Source of the DNA: Mustelus asterias | Lineage: Eukaryota | Reading direction: 5' to 3' | DNA length: 64,000 nt | NCBI RefSeq assembly: GCF_964213995.1 | Contig: NW_027590117.1 | Coordinates: forward strand, 2,480,001-2,544,000 | Shown here: positions 23,776-36,624 of the stretch, piece after piece | Position numbering within the stretch: position 1 is the stretch's first letter | Layout of the letters: each line of letters opens with the position of its first letter | The notes under the pieces: generated by a model | The model's input: the letters and a program-made list of their open reading frames with translations, nothing else | Databases searched by the model: none | Told to the model about the DNA's origin: nothing | Position numbers and translations under genes: made by a program

Positions 23776-24488
23776 AGTTTCCAGTTTGGTCTCAATGATC
23801 GATCAGTTTATTCCCTATAAGCCCCGGTTGTGCAGGAACCCTCAGTCTCGACGAAGATGGAGAACAGCCCGTCCGTTTGCAGAACGATGTCAATGAAACT
23901 TTCTGGCGGCTGGTTCGAGAGTTTTAAAAAGAAAGAGATTAACCCCGAATGTATCCCGCATTCTAAAAGCAAATCTGCAACTTGGGATAAAATGTGAAAT
24001 TGTGCAAACACAGACTGATGTTTTAAAAACGTTGTTGATAGATAGTTAATTATTGATGGGATTTGGTATTAACCGCATTTCTTGTTTGAGAAATATATCT
24101 GCGTACTTTCCAAAATTGAACAATTTATTTTCGGCTTGTTTTCAGATAAACCCAGACTGAAAATCAGAAACTGCCAGTTACAGGTTAACTATAGACTGGG
24201 GAAGAGAGAAAGGGAGATTCTTACATTCCTCAAAATGAATTCACCATTACCGATTAGAATAATTTCCGAAACTCTTGTTCTTTTCCGCTATGGCGGCTTT
24301 TACGGTTTGAAATGAAATCGGTTGGAATCTGAGATTTTGGCGCCGTTATTTTCCGCTATCACTCCGTGGGCTCTCCGGATTGGTGAGTTAAGCAGATTTC
24401 TGATTGGTCATATGAACAAGATGCTGAGAGGCAGCAACAAAGTGACCAATCAGCAATGTCCGCACCTCCATTCCTCCCGGAGCTATAA

Positions 24489-24938
<450 letters not shown>

Positions 24939-24956
24939 AGCGACCGTTCTTTAATC

Positions 24957-25010
24957 ATAGAAATCATAGAAACCCTATCGAGTCTGCACCGACCACAATC
25001 CCACCCCACA
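24957..25010 (-). mobile_element. 54-bp HE1 SINE 3' fragment inserted in the H2A 3' UTR (TSD TAATC)
   Basis: atagaaatcatagaaaccct-atcgagtctgcaccgaccacaatcccaccc matches 1159-1236 with deletions; absent in the H2A copy 2 UTR (49186-49215). Confidence 0.85.
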
Positions 25011-25027
25011 TAATCTGATAACCCAAA

Positions 25028-25043
25028 GGCTCTTTTCAGAGCC
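25028..25043 (+). promoter_or_regulatory. Histone 3' stem-loop of H2A copy 1
   Basis: AAA-GGCTCTTTTCAGAGCC-ACTCA, purine-rich GAAAAAGGGCG downstream. Confidence 0.93.
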
Positions 25044-25312
25044 ACTCACTTTATCTGAAAAAGGGCGATCTGTTTAACCGTCAGAGACACTGTACTGCTA
25101 TTCACAGTAGAGCTGTTTCTCGCTTTGCTTTATCAATCCGTAATTCGCCCTGTGCACATTATTGACCCAGGTGTTTTAATGCATGTAAATTTATGCTATT
25201 TATTGGAGAACATTTTACATATGTTGGAAATATCATTTCCAGCACCATGTCTGAGGTAATTATTTAAATGCAGGTACACAATTGCCCCAGAGTGAGAAAC
25301 AGCATCAAAGAT

Positions 25313-25380
25313 TGATGGCTGAAAAGCACCTCAAACTCAACGGCTCTTTTAAGAACCAACCACAATCTCTGAAAAATCTG
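25313..25380 (+). pseudogene. Orphan H2B 3' UTR with mutated stem-loop (CDS absent)
   Basis: atggctgaaaagcacctcaaactcaacGGCTCTTTTAAGAACCaaccacaatctctgaaaaatctg aligns to the H2B copy 1 3' UTR. Confidence 0.8.
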
Positions 25381-26802
25381 CGCCATCTTTTCCCTTATTG
25401 AGTTAATGAGAAATCTCTTTCTGGAGGATAGAGATTTGTCCCGTTCCGGAATGCTGTGAATGGGACTTCATATCCGCCCCTCACACAAACACTCAGATTG
25501 AAGGAACAATCAAACTGAACTGAGAGCAGATTTTAAAACCCAGCCTGGGATTTGTGACGGACAATGAGGCCCAGCACAATATCAGGACGTAATTATTTAC
25601 ATTTAATGATAACTATGTTCAGTTTCAGAATAAGATTTTTTTTTCACTCGAGTTATCTGGGCACCGCTCCCGGAACAGAATAAAGGCGGGAATTAAGAGG
25701 TTATTCTCGGGCTGATCTGTTTATTCCGCAGTTTTCCCAGAGGACGGAATCAGCGAGATCTGCGCACAAGCTGCGCCTGAGTCCATTGCAGCGCTTTAAG
25801 ATCTGCCTCCCCCCTGCCCTCGCTACTCTCCGGACACAAAGCTGCCTGTTCCACCGGCGGGATTGAGTCAGGAATTCTCTCCACACCTTCCATTGTAACA
25901 TTCCCGACAGCTTTCAGGGGAGAGGGTCAGAAATCAGCCGTTTCTCTCTGTCCCTGTGAAGCCTGTGTGAAGGAGTTGGTTGGTAATCTCTATGTTTCTG
26001 CTTTTCCACTGAGCTGAGATTTGCTCCGTTTCAAATTGCTGAACGGGGACTGATTACCGCGGGCTATAGATAAGAGATTGAGAAATTCAAACTGTTCCTA
26101 AAATAGCGCCAGGATTCTGTGAGGGAAAATACAATAAACAGATTATAAAGTATGAGATTTAAATAGTTTCCTGAACATTAAGGTGTTCCGTTATTTTATA
26201 TTTTTCCTGCACTGAAATTGGCGGGTTTTTCCCAATTTGAAAATGTGAACCAATCAAAACCTCCCATTTCTTCTCCCTTGCTCTCCGATTGGTGAAGAAT
26301 TGGATTGAAATGTGAGTGACCAATCAGAGCTAGAGTCTGGCTGCAGCCTCACAAACCGCTCACAATGATTATTAATAGAGATTAAACTGACGGAATCTGT
26401 ATTTGAGATATTAAATGTACTTTGTTTCCACAGATAAATATTTGAAGAAACCACATATTTCCTCCACACGAGTTACAGGGAAGAATGTCGCCAGCTCCTT
26501 CTCACACATACTCCGAGCTCAGAGAAATAATCACATTTTAATTTGATGTTTTTAAGTTTCCTTTGTACTTTGATTTCTGTTCGGGCTGTTCCCCCTCCTT
26601 TTTGGGGAGCTGCCCCTTTTACTTTGTCCTGATTTAATCTGAGTTTGTTTACTTGGTTTGGTTTGACCTAAAAAGAGGACACAGACAGCTCATCAATTCC
26701 ACAGTCTCCGAGAACAGAAATTATTGCAGAGGGACATTTTCAATCCAGCAATCAAACAGCAGGAATGGCAGATGCTGTGTCCCTATCACGTCTCGTTTTC
26801 GT

Positions 26803-26884
26803 ACCAGGATGGCCGAGTGGTTAAGGCATTGGACTTAAGATCCAATGGACATATGTCCGCGTGGGTTCGAACCCACTCCTGGTA
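26803..26884 (+). tRNA. tRNA-Leu (TAA), near-canonical
   Basis: ACCAGGATGGCCGAGTGGTTAAGGCATTGGACTTAAGATCCAATGGACATATGTCCGCGTGGGTTCGAACCCACTCCTGGTA; one substitution and one missing C in the T-arm relative to the canonical vertebrate gene; TTTTT at 26891-26895. Confidence 0.85.
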
Positions 26885-28454
26885 GAAGGATTTTTAACAC
26901 TACATTCTGCACCTTCTCCTCTGTATACACTGCGAAATGCGCACGCAACCAGAGTTTTCACAACAGAGTAATTATTTCTTGTCACAATAAGAAATCAAAT
27001 CAAACTCAATACCGCCGACAGGGTGATCCATAAATCCCAGTCCAAACCATTATCAGATCATCACTGTGTCAATCCCACAATAGAGCAGCCTTAGCTCCAA
27101 ATTAAGTATCTGATAAAACCGTAAAATGGTTTTTTGGTTAAATGTTACACAATTAACCTTAATAATGTACTTTGAGATTCCAGTTAAATACCAGTCATAT
27201 CACCCACATCAGGGGTTTGGAACTGGCAGTACTAATCGCCATGGTGAGTTCTCACAAATACATTAGATACAAATCTGAAGGACAATCTCAGATTGAGATA
27301 TTCTGAAAGCGAGTATAACCTGAGATACAAACTCAGGTTCCAGTTGAAAACTCACCTAAATTATGAACCTAAAAGTTACAATATCAATTTGATGACTATG
27401 AACTGAACCATAAATTATAAACTAATCCTCACTCACACTGAGCCAGATGGAAGACATTGTGCCAATTCCAGACTGAGCTCCATTTTACACCCATGTCAAA
27501 ATTCTTACTCCGAATCAGACTGTCACAGATCATATCAATGTGAACAACCTGAGTGAAACTTGCATAGCAATCCAGTATCAGATTGAAGGATACATTACCT
27601 TTCACAGTTGTGTTCACAGTGACAGAGATTTGTTACTGGGCCAAAACTCACTCACATTATTTTCTTCAAACCTACTACATCAGTGGCCTATTTCTATGTT
27701 GGAAAGTTATTTGGAATTAATCCAAATAGATAACTTGTCCCAGAGATTGAAGGTTATTTAATTAATCCCATACTCACACTAAATACCAAAGACTGATAAA
27801 TAAGAGAATAGTTCTGATCACATGTTCAGCATCAACAGCTGAAAAGTACAGGCTGTTTACTGCACTCACTCACAGGAGCTGAGTCTGAGTGATATGAAAT
27901 AAATCACACACACACCAATTGTATCACTGAGGGATTTGGAAACAACCAAAGGCTCACACAGAGTAACGGAAACAAATGGAAGATTAGACAGAGAGAGACG
28001 TGAGTGACAAATCCCAAATGAGACACACAATTTTAAACAGCACCATAGATTTACATACATGATTAATTCCACTGACAGGAACAGCATGAAGCTGATGTTC
28101 TGCAAACAGTACCAGAGGAATTAAAGCATATATTCCACAAACAGCAGCAGGGGATTTAAAATTACTGATGTTTGCCACACTTATATGAAATGCTCACAGA
28201 TATAGAGGCCATTGACAGGTCTCGAATGATCCAACACTCACACACTTTATAAGAGTCTGCCAGATATATATAACTGGCTCCTTCAGAAATAACACCAGAC
28301 AAATTCAGATTCAGAATGGAACCAGATACTGAAACATGTGAATTGATTCCAACACTGATTGTGTGTCTTGGGCAGCCCATACCTACGGGGATATGGTGGA
28401 TCATGACGGCAAATCCTACCATATACATCACCAGGCAGGTCGCTACTGCACAAA

Positions 28455-28650
28455 TAAAAGCAAATTACTGTGGATGCTGGAATTTGAAATCAAAAGAGAA
28501 AATTCTGGAAAATCTCAGCAGGTCTGGCAGCATCTGTAAGATGACAAAGGTCTTCGACAAAGGGTCGTCTGGACTTGAAACGTCAGCTCTTTTCTCTCCT
28601 TACAGATGCTGCCAGACCTGCTGAGATTCTCCAGCATTTTCTCTTTTGCT
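28455..28650. mobile_element. Second Penelope-type palindromic repeat family with variant hammerhead-like core
   Basis: aaatctcagcaggtctggcagcatctgtaag ... cttacagatgctgccagacctgctgaga inverted arms; related copies at 13830-13920 and 49735-49835; absent from the left arm. Confidence 0.65.
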
Positions 28651-29648
28651 ACTGCACAATGTGATTCTGCAATGGGGCAACACTTACTAAATAATCCTGA
28701 TTGTGCTCAGAATTACACTGAAAATGTGACCAGAAGGGCAGAGTTTTTTTTTGAAAAATGTGACCTACCCTTTAAGGCAGAGGTGAGGAGGAACCTTTTT
28801 GATCAGTTGTTTTTTTTTTCTTTATCCATTCATGGGATGAGGGCATCACTGGCTCAGCCAGGATTTATTGCCCACACTTAATTGCCCTGGGGTAGGCAGT
28901 GCTGAACTGCAATCTTCAACTGCTGCTGCCAATGTCATGTAGGTACACCCACAGTGTGTTTTTTCTTTGGCAGGGGGGGGGGGGGGGGGGATGCTGGGGA
29001 GTGGGAAGTTCCTGGATTCTGACCTACTGACACTGAAGGAACGGCGATATATTTCCAAGCCCTGATGATGAGTGGCTTGGAGGGAGATTTCCAGGTGATG
29101 TTGTTCTGATGCATCTGCTTTTCCTTTTCCTTCTAGGCGATAGTCATGGTGGGTTTGGAAGGTTCTGTCAAATACACCTTTGTGAATTCTGGCAATGCAT
29201 CTTGTAGATGGTGTGCACTGCTGACCCTGTCTGTCAATGGTAACATAAGCCTTATTGTGACTAATAAATACACTTTAACTTTAACTTTTGGTGGAGGGAG
29301 TGACTCTTTGTGGTTGGGAAACGAATTAAGTCAGATATTTTGTACTGGATAGTGTCAAACTTCTAGTGTTGTTGGAGATGCATTCACCCAGGCAAGTTAC
29401 ATGTGGAAACCGGGTACTCCGGCTTCCTTCCACAGTCCAAAGATGTGCAAGTTGGGTGGATTGGTCATTCTAGATTGCCCTTTGTGTGGTAAAAAGTGAA
29501 GGTTAGGTAGATTAGCGGGGTGGGTGCGTGGGGCTCTGGCGATAGGACATGGATGGGATGCTCTGTTGGAGAGTCAGTGCAGTTTCAATGGGCCAAATGG
29601 TCTCCTTCAGCACTGCAGGGATTCTGTGATTTAAAGGTCATTTGACTG

Positions 29649-29701
29649 TCCATCGACCTCTGGGTTATGGGCCCAGCACACTTCCGCTGCGCCACTCTGC
29701 T
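29649..29701 (-). pseudogene. 3'-truncated tRNA-iMet pseudogene
   Basis: AGCAGAGTGGCGCAGCGGAAGTGTGCTGGGCCCATAACCCAGAGGTCGATGGA then unrelated sequence; most of the T-arm and the 3' acceptor strand are deleted. Confidence 0.88.
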
Positions 29702-32700
29702 ATAAGCTAACAGTTTCCTGCTTATTATTGCTGAGCTGTAGCAGGACAAAATGTCACTGTTGCATTGCTGTTTAATGTCAGAAAATGTGCTCGGCAGCTC
29801 CGCCTGGCGGCACAATTCCATGCTTAACACACCAAGAATGGAACACACATAAAAGCAGCAAGAGACTGACAGGAGGCACACGCAGAGGAGAATGGACCGA
29901 CTGATCATTTGTGTAAAGTGTTCATGAAAAGATCAGCCATGATCTTATTGAATGGCGGTGCAGGCTCGAGGTGACAAAAGGCCGACTGATGCTCCATGCT
30001 TTTATAATCTCATATTCTTCTTTGGATCCAATACTATTAATTTATTTTGTTATCCATGATTGGGCCACTTTCCAGTTATGTTTACGTGCCAGAAAGGAAT
30101 GTATAACTCTTCCATTACATACAACTATGCCTTAAATATTAGCCATTGCCTATCGACCGTTATGCCATTTTATGAATCTATTAATCCGTAATCTATTTTA
30201 GCAAACTCACCTCTCATAACTTCCTAGTTTACGTTATTTAGGTTTAGGATTCTCGTTCAGGATTGGATCTGAGTCATGCTTCTGGACTGATGGGAGATGT
30301 TCCACAAAGCAGTCACTCAATCTACCAATGCAGAGCACATCATTAGCAGTGAAATTTTAGAAAAAATATAATGTTGCAAAAGCTCATTCTCCTGCATGTA
30401 GACACTGAACTGTGAGGAAAGGTAATGTGGCCTTCCATTCAGGAACTTCTGGTATTTCTTCCCTTTCCTCAACCAATCTTCTCACCACTCTGTGGCAGGC
30501 AGGGTTCTCAAGTGTGTCGCTCCCATGTCCCACACTTGGAACATTTCCAATCAGTTCACAATGATGATTGAATTTCTGAGAAGAGTTTCTAGTCACCTGC
30601 CATTTTCATTCTGCATCTCACTCTCACACGGATTATTCTGTCCTGGGTCTTTCCTGGTGTTCAGAGCACCTCTCCTCCATTCAGATTTTTCTTACTTTAT
30701 GTATCTGGTGATTATCCCTTTCACTGTGTAACTAATTCTTATTATTTAATGCATGCGTGCATGTCACAGATATTCCATTTCGTTCTTTTTCACATGAGCC
30801 CCTCTCCTCTCCATTTGCCTGTAATGTATTACATTTCTAACTTCAAACAGTTCTGATGGGCAGATGTTGATCTGAAATATTTGCTATTAACTGTTTGTCT
30901 CTGCAGCAGCTCACTTGTTATGTAATTACAGATCTTCGAAATTAAATTCATATTTCCTGCATTCATACCATTTGAAGTCAGTACTAAGGTTGAGAGGAGT
31001 TTTCAGAGAGGTGATTGAAATCATGATCGGTTTCAATAGAGTAAATGGAAATAAAATGTTTCTGTGAAACAATGGCACGGGTTCGTTGTGAATGATATAA
31101 AAGAACAAAGAAAACCGTCAGGGAATACATTTGTCATTACATTGGGCAGCAAGTTGCTGTGATCTTGAATATGATGCCTGTAATCGAAGCCAATTAGAAT
31201 GAAAAGTAAATTGTATTCATTCATGTGATGTGTTCATCACTGGCTTGGCCAGCATTTATTGCACTAATTTCCCTTGAACTGAGTGGCTTGTTAGGCCATG
31301 TCAGAGGGCATTAAAGAGTCAAAAACATACTGTGGGTCTGGAGTCACAGGGAGGCCAGAAAAGGTAATGTGGGTGGGTTCCTTTCCTATAGGGGTATCAG
31401 TGAACCAAATGGGTTTTTACAACACGGCCATCATTAGACCTTTAATTCCAGATTTTAATTGAGCTCAAATTGCACACTGTGCTGAGGTGATAATCAGGTC
31501 CCATTGAATTGCACTGGACCTCTGGGTCACTAGTCCAGTGACAATACCACTACGCCATTACCTCCTCACGTGGGAACTGTGGCCGCCACGAGCAGATATC
31601 AGCAAGTAGTTTATTGTAGGCTGATTGTCTGTGAGCTGAAACATGAACTCTGTTTCTCTCTTCACAGATGCTGCCTGACCTGTTGTGTATTCCAGAATTT
31701 TCACCTTGTTTCAGATGTCCAGCGTCCACATGATTTTACCTGTGAATTATTGCAGCTGTTGCTCAGAAAACTGAGGCCTGAAATAGACAAATTAAGAGCG
31801 ATTTTGAATCAAGCTGGATGTTGGTTTTGGAATTCGGCCCCTCAGTTTCTGTGAAGGTATGTTTTTGTTTGGGTGACTTTAGTGTGTAGAAGCAGGAGAA
31901 AGTGATGGGTTTAATTCTGAGTAAATTTGAGAGCAGTAGGGTCAAAACACTTCTGATCAAAGATCATTAACTGTGTCTTGTACAGTTAAAGAAACATTGC
32001 ACACTCACATACAATAAGTGTTGGACAGAGAATCAATTCCACATTGATATGCAGTATCAGACTGAGTTAATTCCACACTGAAAACTGTAACAGAGACTGA
32101 GAAAAGGAGTTAGTCCCACACACACACTACCAGAACATAAGAAAAAGGAGCAGGAGAAGACCATTCAGCCCATCAGGCCTGTTCTGCCATTCAGTAAGAT
32201 CATGGCTGATCTGATTGTGGCCTCCACTCCACTTCAGTACCTGTCCCCATAACCCTTGATTCTCTTGTAGCTCAAAAATCTGTCTAACTCAAGATTGAAT
32301 CTATTCAATGACAAAAATTAAGGTTCCCTTAAAATAAGTAATTCCTCCTAATCTCCATCTTAAATTGGAGATGCTTTATCTTTAAACTGTGCCTCTCGTT
32401 CCAGTTTCCCCCTACACATTGCAACATCCCACTCAGCATCTACACTGTCAAGCCCTTGAGAATCTTATATGTTTTAGTACGATCCTCGCTCATTCTTCTC
32501 CACTGAAAATTGGCCAGACTTGTTTAATTTTTCCTCATAAGAGAACTCCTTCATCTCAGGAATCAGCCTCCACTCGCTGCAGTTTTCTAAGCTGACAGTG
32601 ACCCACTTCCATACACGAACAGACACTGACACAGACATTATTATCAATTGATTGAGTCAATTCCACATCTACACACAGTAATAGAGATTGACAGAGTGTT

Positions 32701-33496
32701 AATGCCACACTGCAGTAAAGGATAAAGAATAGAGAAGCGTTAATTCCAGCTTCATGTCCAAATCAGAGATGAACAGTGTTAATGCCCCATTCACATACAG
32801 TAATAAAGAATAACAGATACAGAATTAATTCTATATTCACATACGCTAACAAAGATGGACAGAAAGGTAATGGCTAAATTCAGCACAGTCCCAGATGACC
32901 ATCGGCTGCTCTCTCCTTTCATGAATATCCTCAGCTGGTACAGGAATATGAACCCACGCTGTTGGGGTTACTCTGCATCACAGTCCCGCTGTCCAGCCAA
33001 CTGAGCAAATCAACCCCCAGGGTAGGACAGAGAACAAAGAAAATTACAGCATAGGAGCAGGCCCTTCGGCCCTCCAAGCCTGCACCAACCATGCTGCCTG
33101 ATTTAACTAAAACCCCCTACGCTTCTGGGGACCATATCCCTCTATTCCCATCTCATTCATGTACTTGTCAAGATGCCCCAAGAGAGGTAATTGCAAACTG
33201 AAACACAGGAACTGAGACTGGCGAATCAATTTAATTCCACACTCACTTGCACGAATACAGGCTGACACATCAGAGAATTAATCCATCCTCAAATAAACTG
33301 ACAGGAAGAAATTCACTGTAGTTCCACCCTGGGATACAGTAACAGAGACTGACAGAGTGAATCGTGCTCTCATGTACAGATTGACAGATAGCAGGAATGA
33401 GTTAACTCCACATTCTCATACAGTAACAGAGATGGACAGATCGAGTGTGAATTCCACACTCTAATGGTTCTCACTTGAAGAATTCTTCTGATATGC

Positions 33497-34710
33497 ATAG
33501 AGTCATAGAGGTTTACAACATGGAAACAGGCCCTTCAGCCAAACTTGTCCATGCCGCCCCTTTTTAATAACAAAAAGTCAAGGTAATCCCAATTGCCCGC
33601 ATTTGGCCCATATCCCTCTATACCCATTGTACCCATGTAACTATCTAAATGCTTTTTAAAAGACAAAATTGTACCCGCCTCTACTACTACCTCTGGCAGC
33701 TTGTTCCAGACACTCACCATCCTCTGTGTGAAAAAATTGTCCCTCTGGACACTTTTGTATCTCTCCCCTCTCGTTTTAGACTCCCCTACCTTTGGGAAAA
33801 GATATAGACTATCCAGCTGATCTGGGCACCTCATTATTTTATAGACCTCTATAAGATCACCACCTACGCTCCAGAAGAAAAAGTCCCAGTTTATCCAGCC
33901 TCTCCTTATAACTCAATCCATCAAGTCCCGGTAGCATCCTAGTAAATATTTTCTACACTATTTCTAGTTTAATAATATCCTTTCTAAAATAGGGTGACCA
34001 GAATTGCACACAGTATTCCAAGTGTGGCCTTACCAATGTTTTGTACAACTTCAACAAGACATTCCAAGTCCTGTATTCAGTGTTCTGACCAATGAAACCA
34101 AGCATGCCGAATGCCTTCTTCACCACTCTGTCCACCTGTGACTCCACTTTCAAGGAGCTATGAACATGTACCCCCAGATCTCTTTGTTCTGTAACTTTCC
34201 CCAATGCCCTACTATTAACTGAGTCAGTCCTGCCCTGGTTCAATCTACCAAAATGCATCACCTCGCATTTAAACTCCATCTGCCATTCGTCAGCCCAATG
34301 GCCCAATTGATCAAGATCCCCTTGCAATTGGAGATCACTTTCTTCACTGTCCACTCTGCCACCAATCGTAGTGTCATCTGCAAACTTACTAACCATTCCT
34401 CATATATTCTCATCAAATCATGAATATAAATGACAAATAACAGTGGACCTAGCACAGATCCCAGAGGCACATCCCTGGTCACAGGCCTCCAGTTTGAAAA
34501 ACAACTCTCTACAACCACCATCTGGCTTCTGTCAAGAAGTCAATTTTGTATCCAATTAGATACCTCACCCTGGATCCCGTGAGATTTAACCTTATGCAAC
34601 AACCTACCATGCGGTACCTTGTCAAAGGCCTTGCTAAAGTCCATGTAGACAACATCAACTGCACTGCCCTCATCTACCTTCTTGGTTACCCCTTCAAAAA
34701 ACTCAATCAA
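33497..34710 (-). mobile_element. CR1 LINE 3' portion
   Basis: ORFs 34258, 33953, 33535 ([35 protein letters not shown]). Confidence 0.9.
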
Positions 34711-35302
34711 ATGGCCTCTTCATTGTTTCATTATACTTTCTATCTTCCTCATCCTCCAAGGAGCCCTGGCTTTGGTTCCCCTCCCTTTCACCCTGGTTAG
34801 AATGTACCGAGTCTGTACCTGAAACATCTCCTGAAAGATCACCCATTGTTCTGTGACAGCTTTTCCTGTCAGATTTTGGCTCCAGTTTACTCTGGCTCAA
34901 TCCCAGCTCCTCCCATTGAGGTTAGTCCTCTTCCCATTCAGATGTGCTACTTTAGATTGTTCCTTGCTAATATCAAGCTTGTGACACAATGATCACTGTT
35001 ACTCAAGTGACCACCTCCAGACACTTGGATCATGTGGTCAACCTCCCTGTCAGTCTGTGTGAGAATGGAATTAATTCTGTATCTACAATGCATGATCTGC
35101 CTGTAGATTTGCTGCTCTATTTCCTTCTCACCACACCTACCTTTTACCCTTCTCTCTTTTCTGTTCACATTGTATTGAATAGTAATCGCCCGGTTCTCTC
35201 CATTTCCAGACCACATTTTCAACATTGACACTCTCTTGTGTTCCTATGTGGCTATTTGTGCTTCTAACTCACCAACCTTATTCACCACACTGTCCACTAT
35301 GT

Positions 35303-36540
35303 TACCAAGATTGCTGGCATAGTGGACAGTGAAGAAGGTTATCTAGGATTGCAACAGGATTGTGATCAATTGGGCCAGTGGGCTGACGAATGGCAGATGG
35401 AGTTTAATTTCGACAAATGCAAAGTGATGCATTTTGGTAGATCGAACCAGGGCAGGACTTAGTCAGTTAATAGTAGGGAGTTGGGGAGCGTTATAGAACA
35501 AAGAGATCTAGGGGTACAGGTTCATAGCTCCTTGAAAGTGAAGACACAGGTGGACAGAATGGTGAAGAAGACATTCAGCATGCTTCGTTTCATTGGTCAG
35601 AATATTGAATACAGGAGTTGGGACGTCTTGTTGAAGTTGTACAAAACATTGGGTCGTTGAAATTGTACAAGACATTGGGACGTCTTGTCGAAGTTGTACA
35701 AGAGGGCATGGGTTAAGGGTGAAAGGAGAAAAGTTTAAAGGGAATATTAGGGGGGGCTTCTTCACGCAGAGAGTGGTGGGAGTGTGGAATGAGCTGCCGG
35801 ATAAAGTGGTAAATGCGGGGTCACTTTTAACATTTAAGAAAAACTTGGACGGGTTCATGGATGAGAGGGGTGTGGAGGGATATGGTCCAAGTGTAGGTCA
35901 GTGGGACTAGGCAAAAAATGGTTCGGCACAGACACAAAGGGCCAAAAGGCCTGTTTCTGAGCTGTAATTTTCTATGGTTCTATGGTTCTATTGATCAGGC
36001 CACACTTGGAATACTGTGTACAGTTCTGGTCACATTATAGAAAGGATATTATTAAATAAGAAAGAGTGCAGAAAAGATTTATAGGATGCTACCGGGAGCT
36101 GATGGTTTGAATTATAAGGAGAGGCTGAATAGACTGGGACTTTTTTCTCTGAAGCGTACAAGGCTGAGGGGTGATGTTATAGAGTGTTATAAAATAATGA
36201 GGGGCAGCGAGATAGTCGATATCTTTTCCAAAATGTAGGGGAGTCTAAAACGAGAGGGCATCGGTTTAAGGTGAGAGGGGAGAGATATAAAAGAGTCCAG
36301 AGGGGCAATTTTTTCACCCAGAGGGTGATAAGTGTCTGGAACAAGCTGCCACAGTAGTAGTAGAGGTGGGTACAATTTTGTCTGTTAAGAAGTGTTTAGA
36401 CAGTTACATGGGTAAGATGGGTATTGAGGGATATGGGCCAAATGCAGGCAATTGGGACTAGTTTAGGGGTTAAAAAACGGGGTGGCATGGGCCAGTTGGG
36501 CCAAAGGGCCTGTTTCCATGCTGTAAACCTCTGACTCGAT
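35303..36540 (+). mobile_element. CR1 LINE 3' portion with a nested second CR1 3' end (~35700-35990)
   Basis: Same family as 9668-10449; the nested piece encodes FFTQRVVGVWNELP and ends in (ttctatgg)n. Confidence 0.85.
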
Positions 36541-36624
36541 GACACTTTGTGTGATTACACACATGCTTTCCAAACCTATCCTTGTATTCCACTGAGATTC
36601 CTTCTTCATATACTCCTACCTTAT

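Larger units (their letters stand above)
25313..33463. repeat. Right arm of the inverted segmental duplication
   Basis: See left arm; shorter because it lacks several insertions and segments present on the left. Confidence 0.92.
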
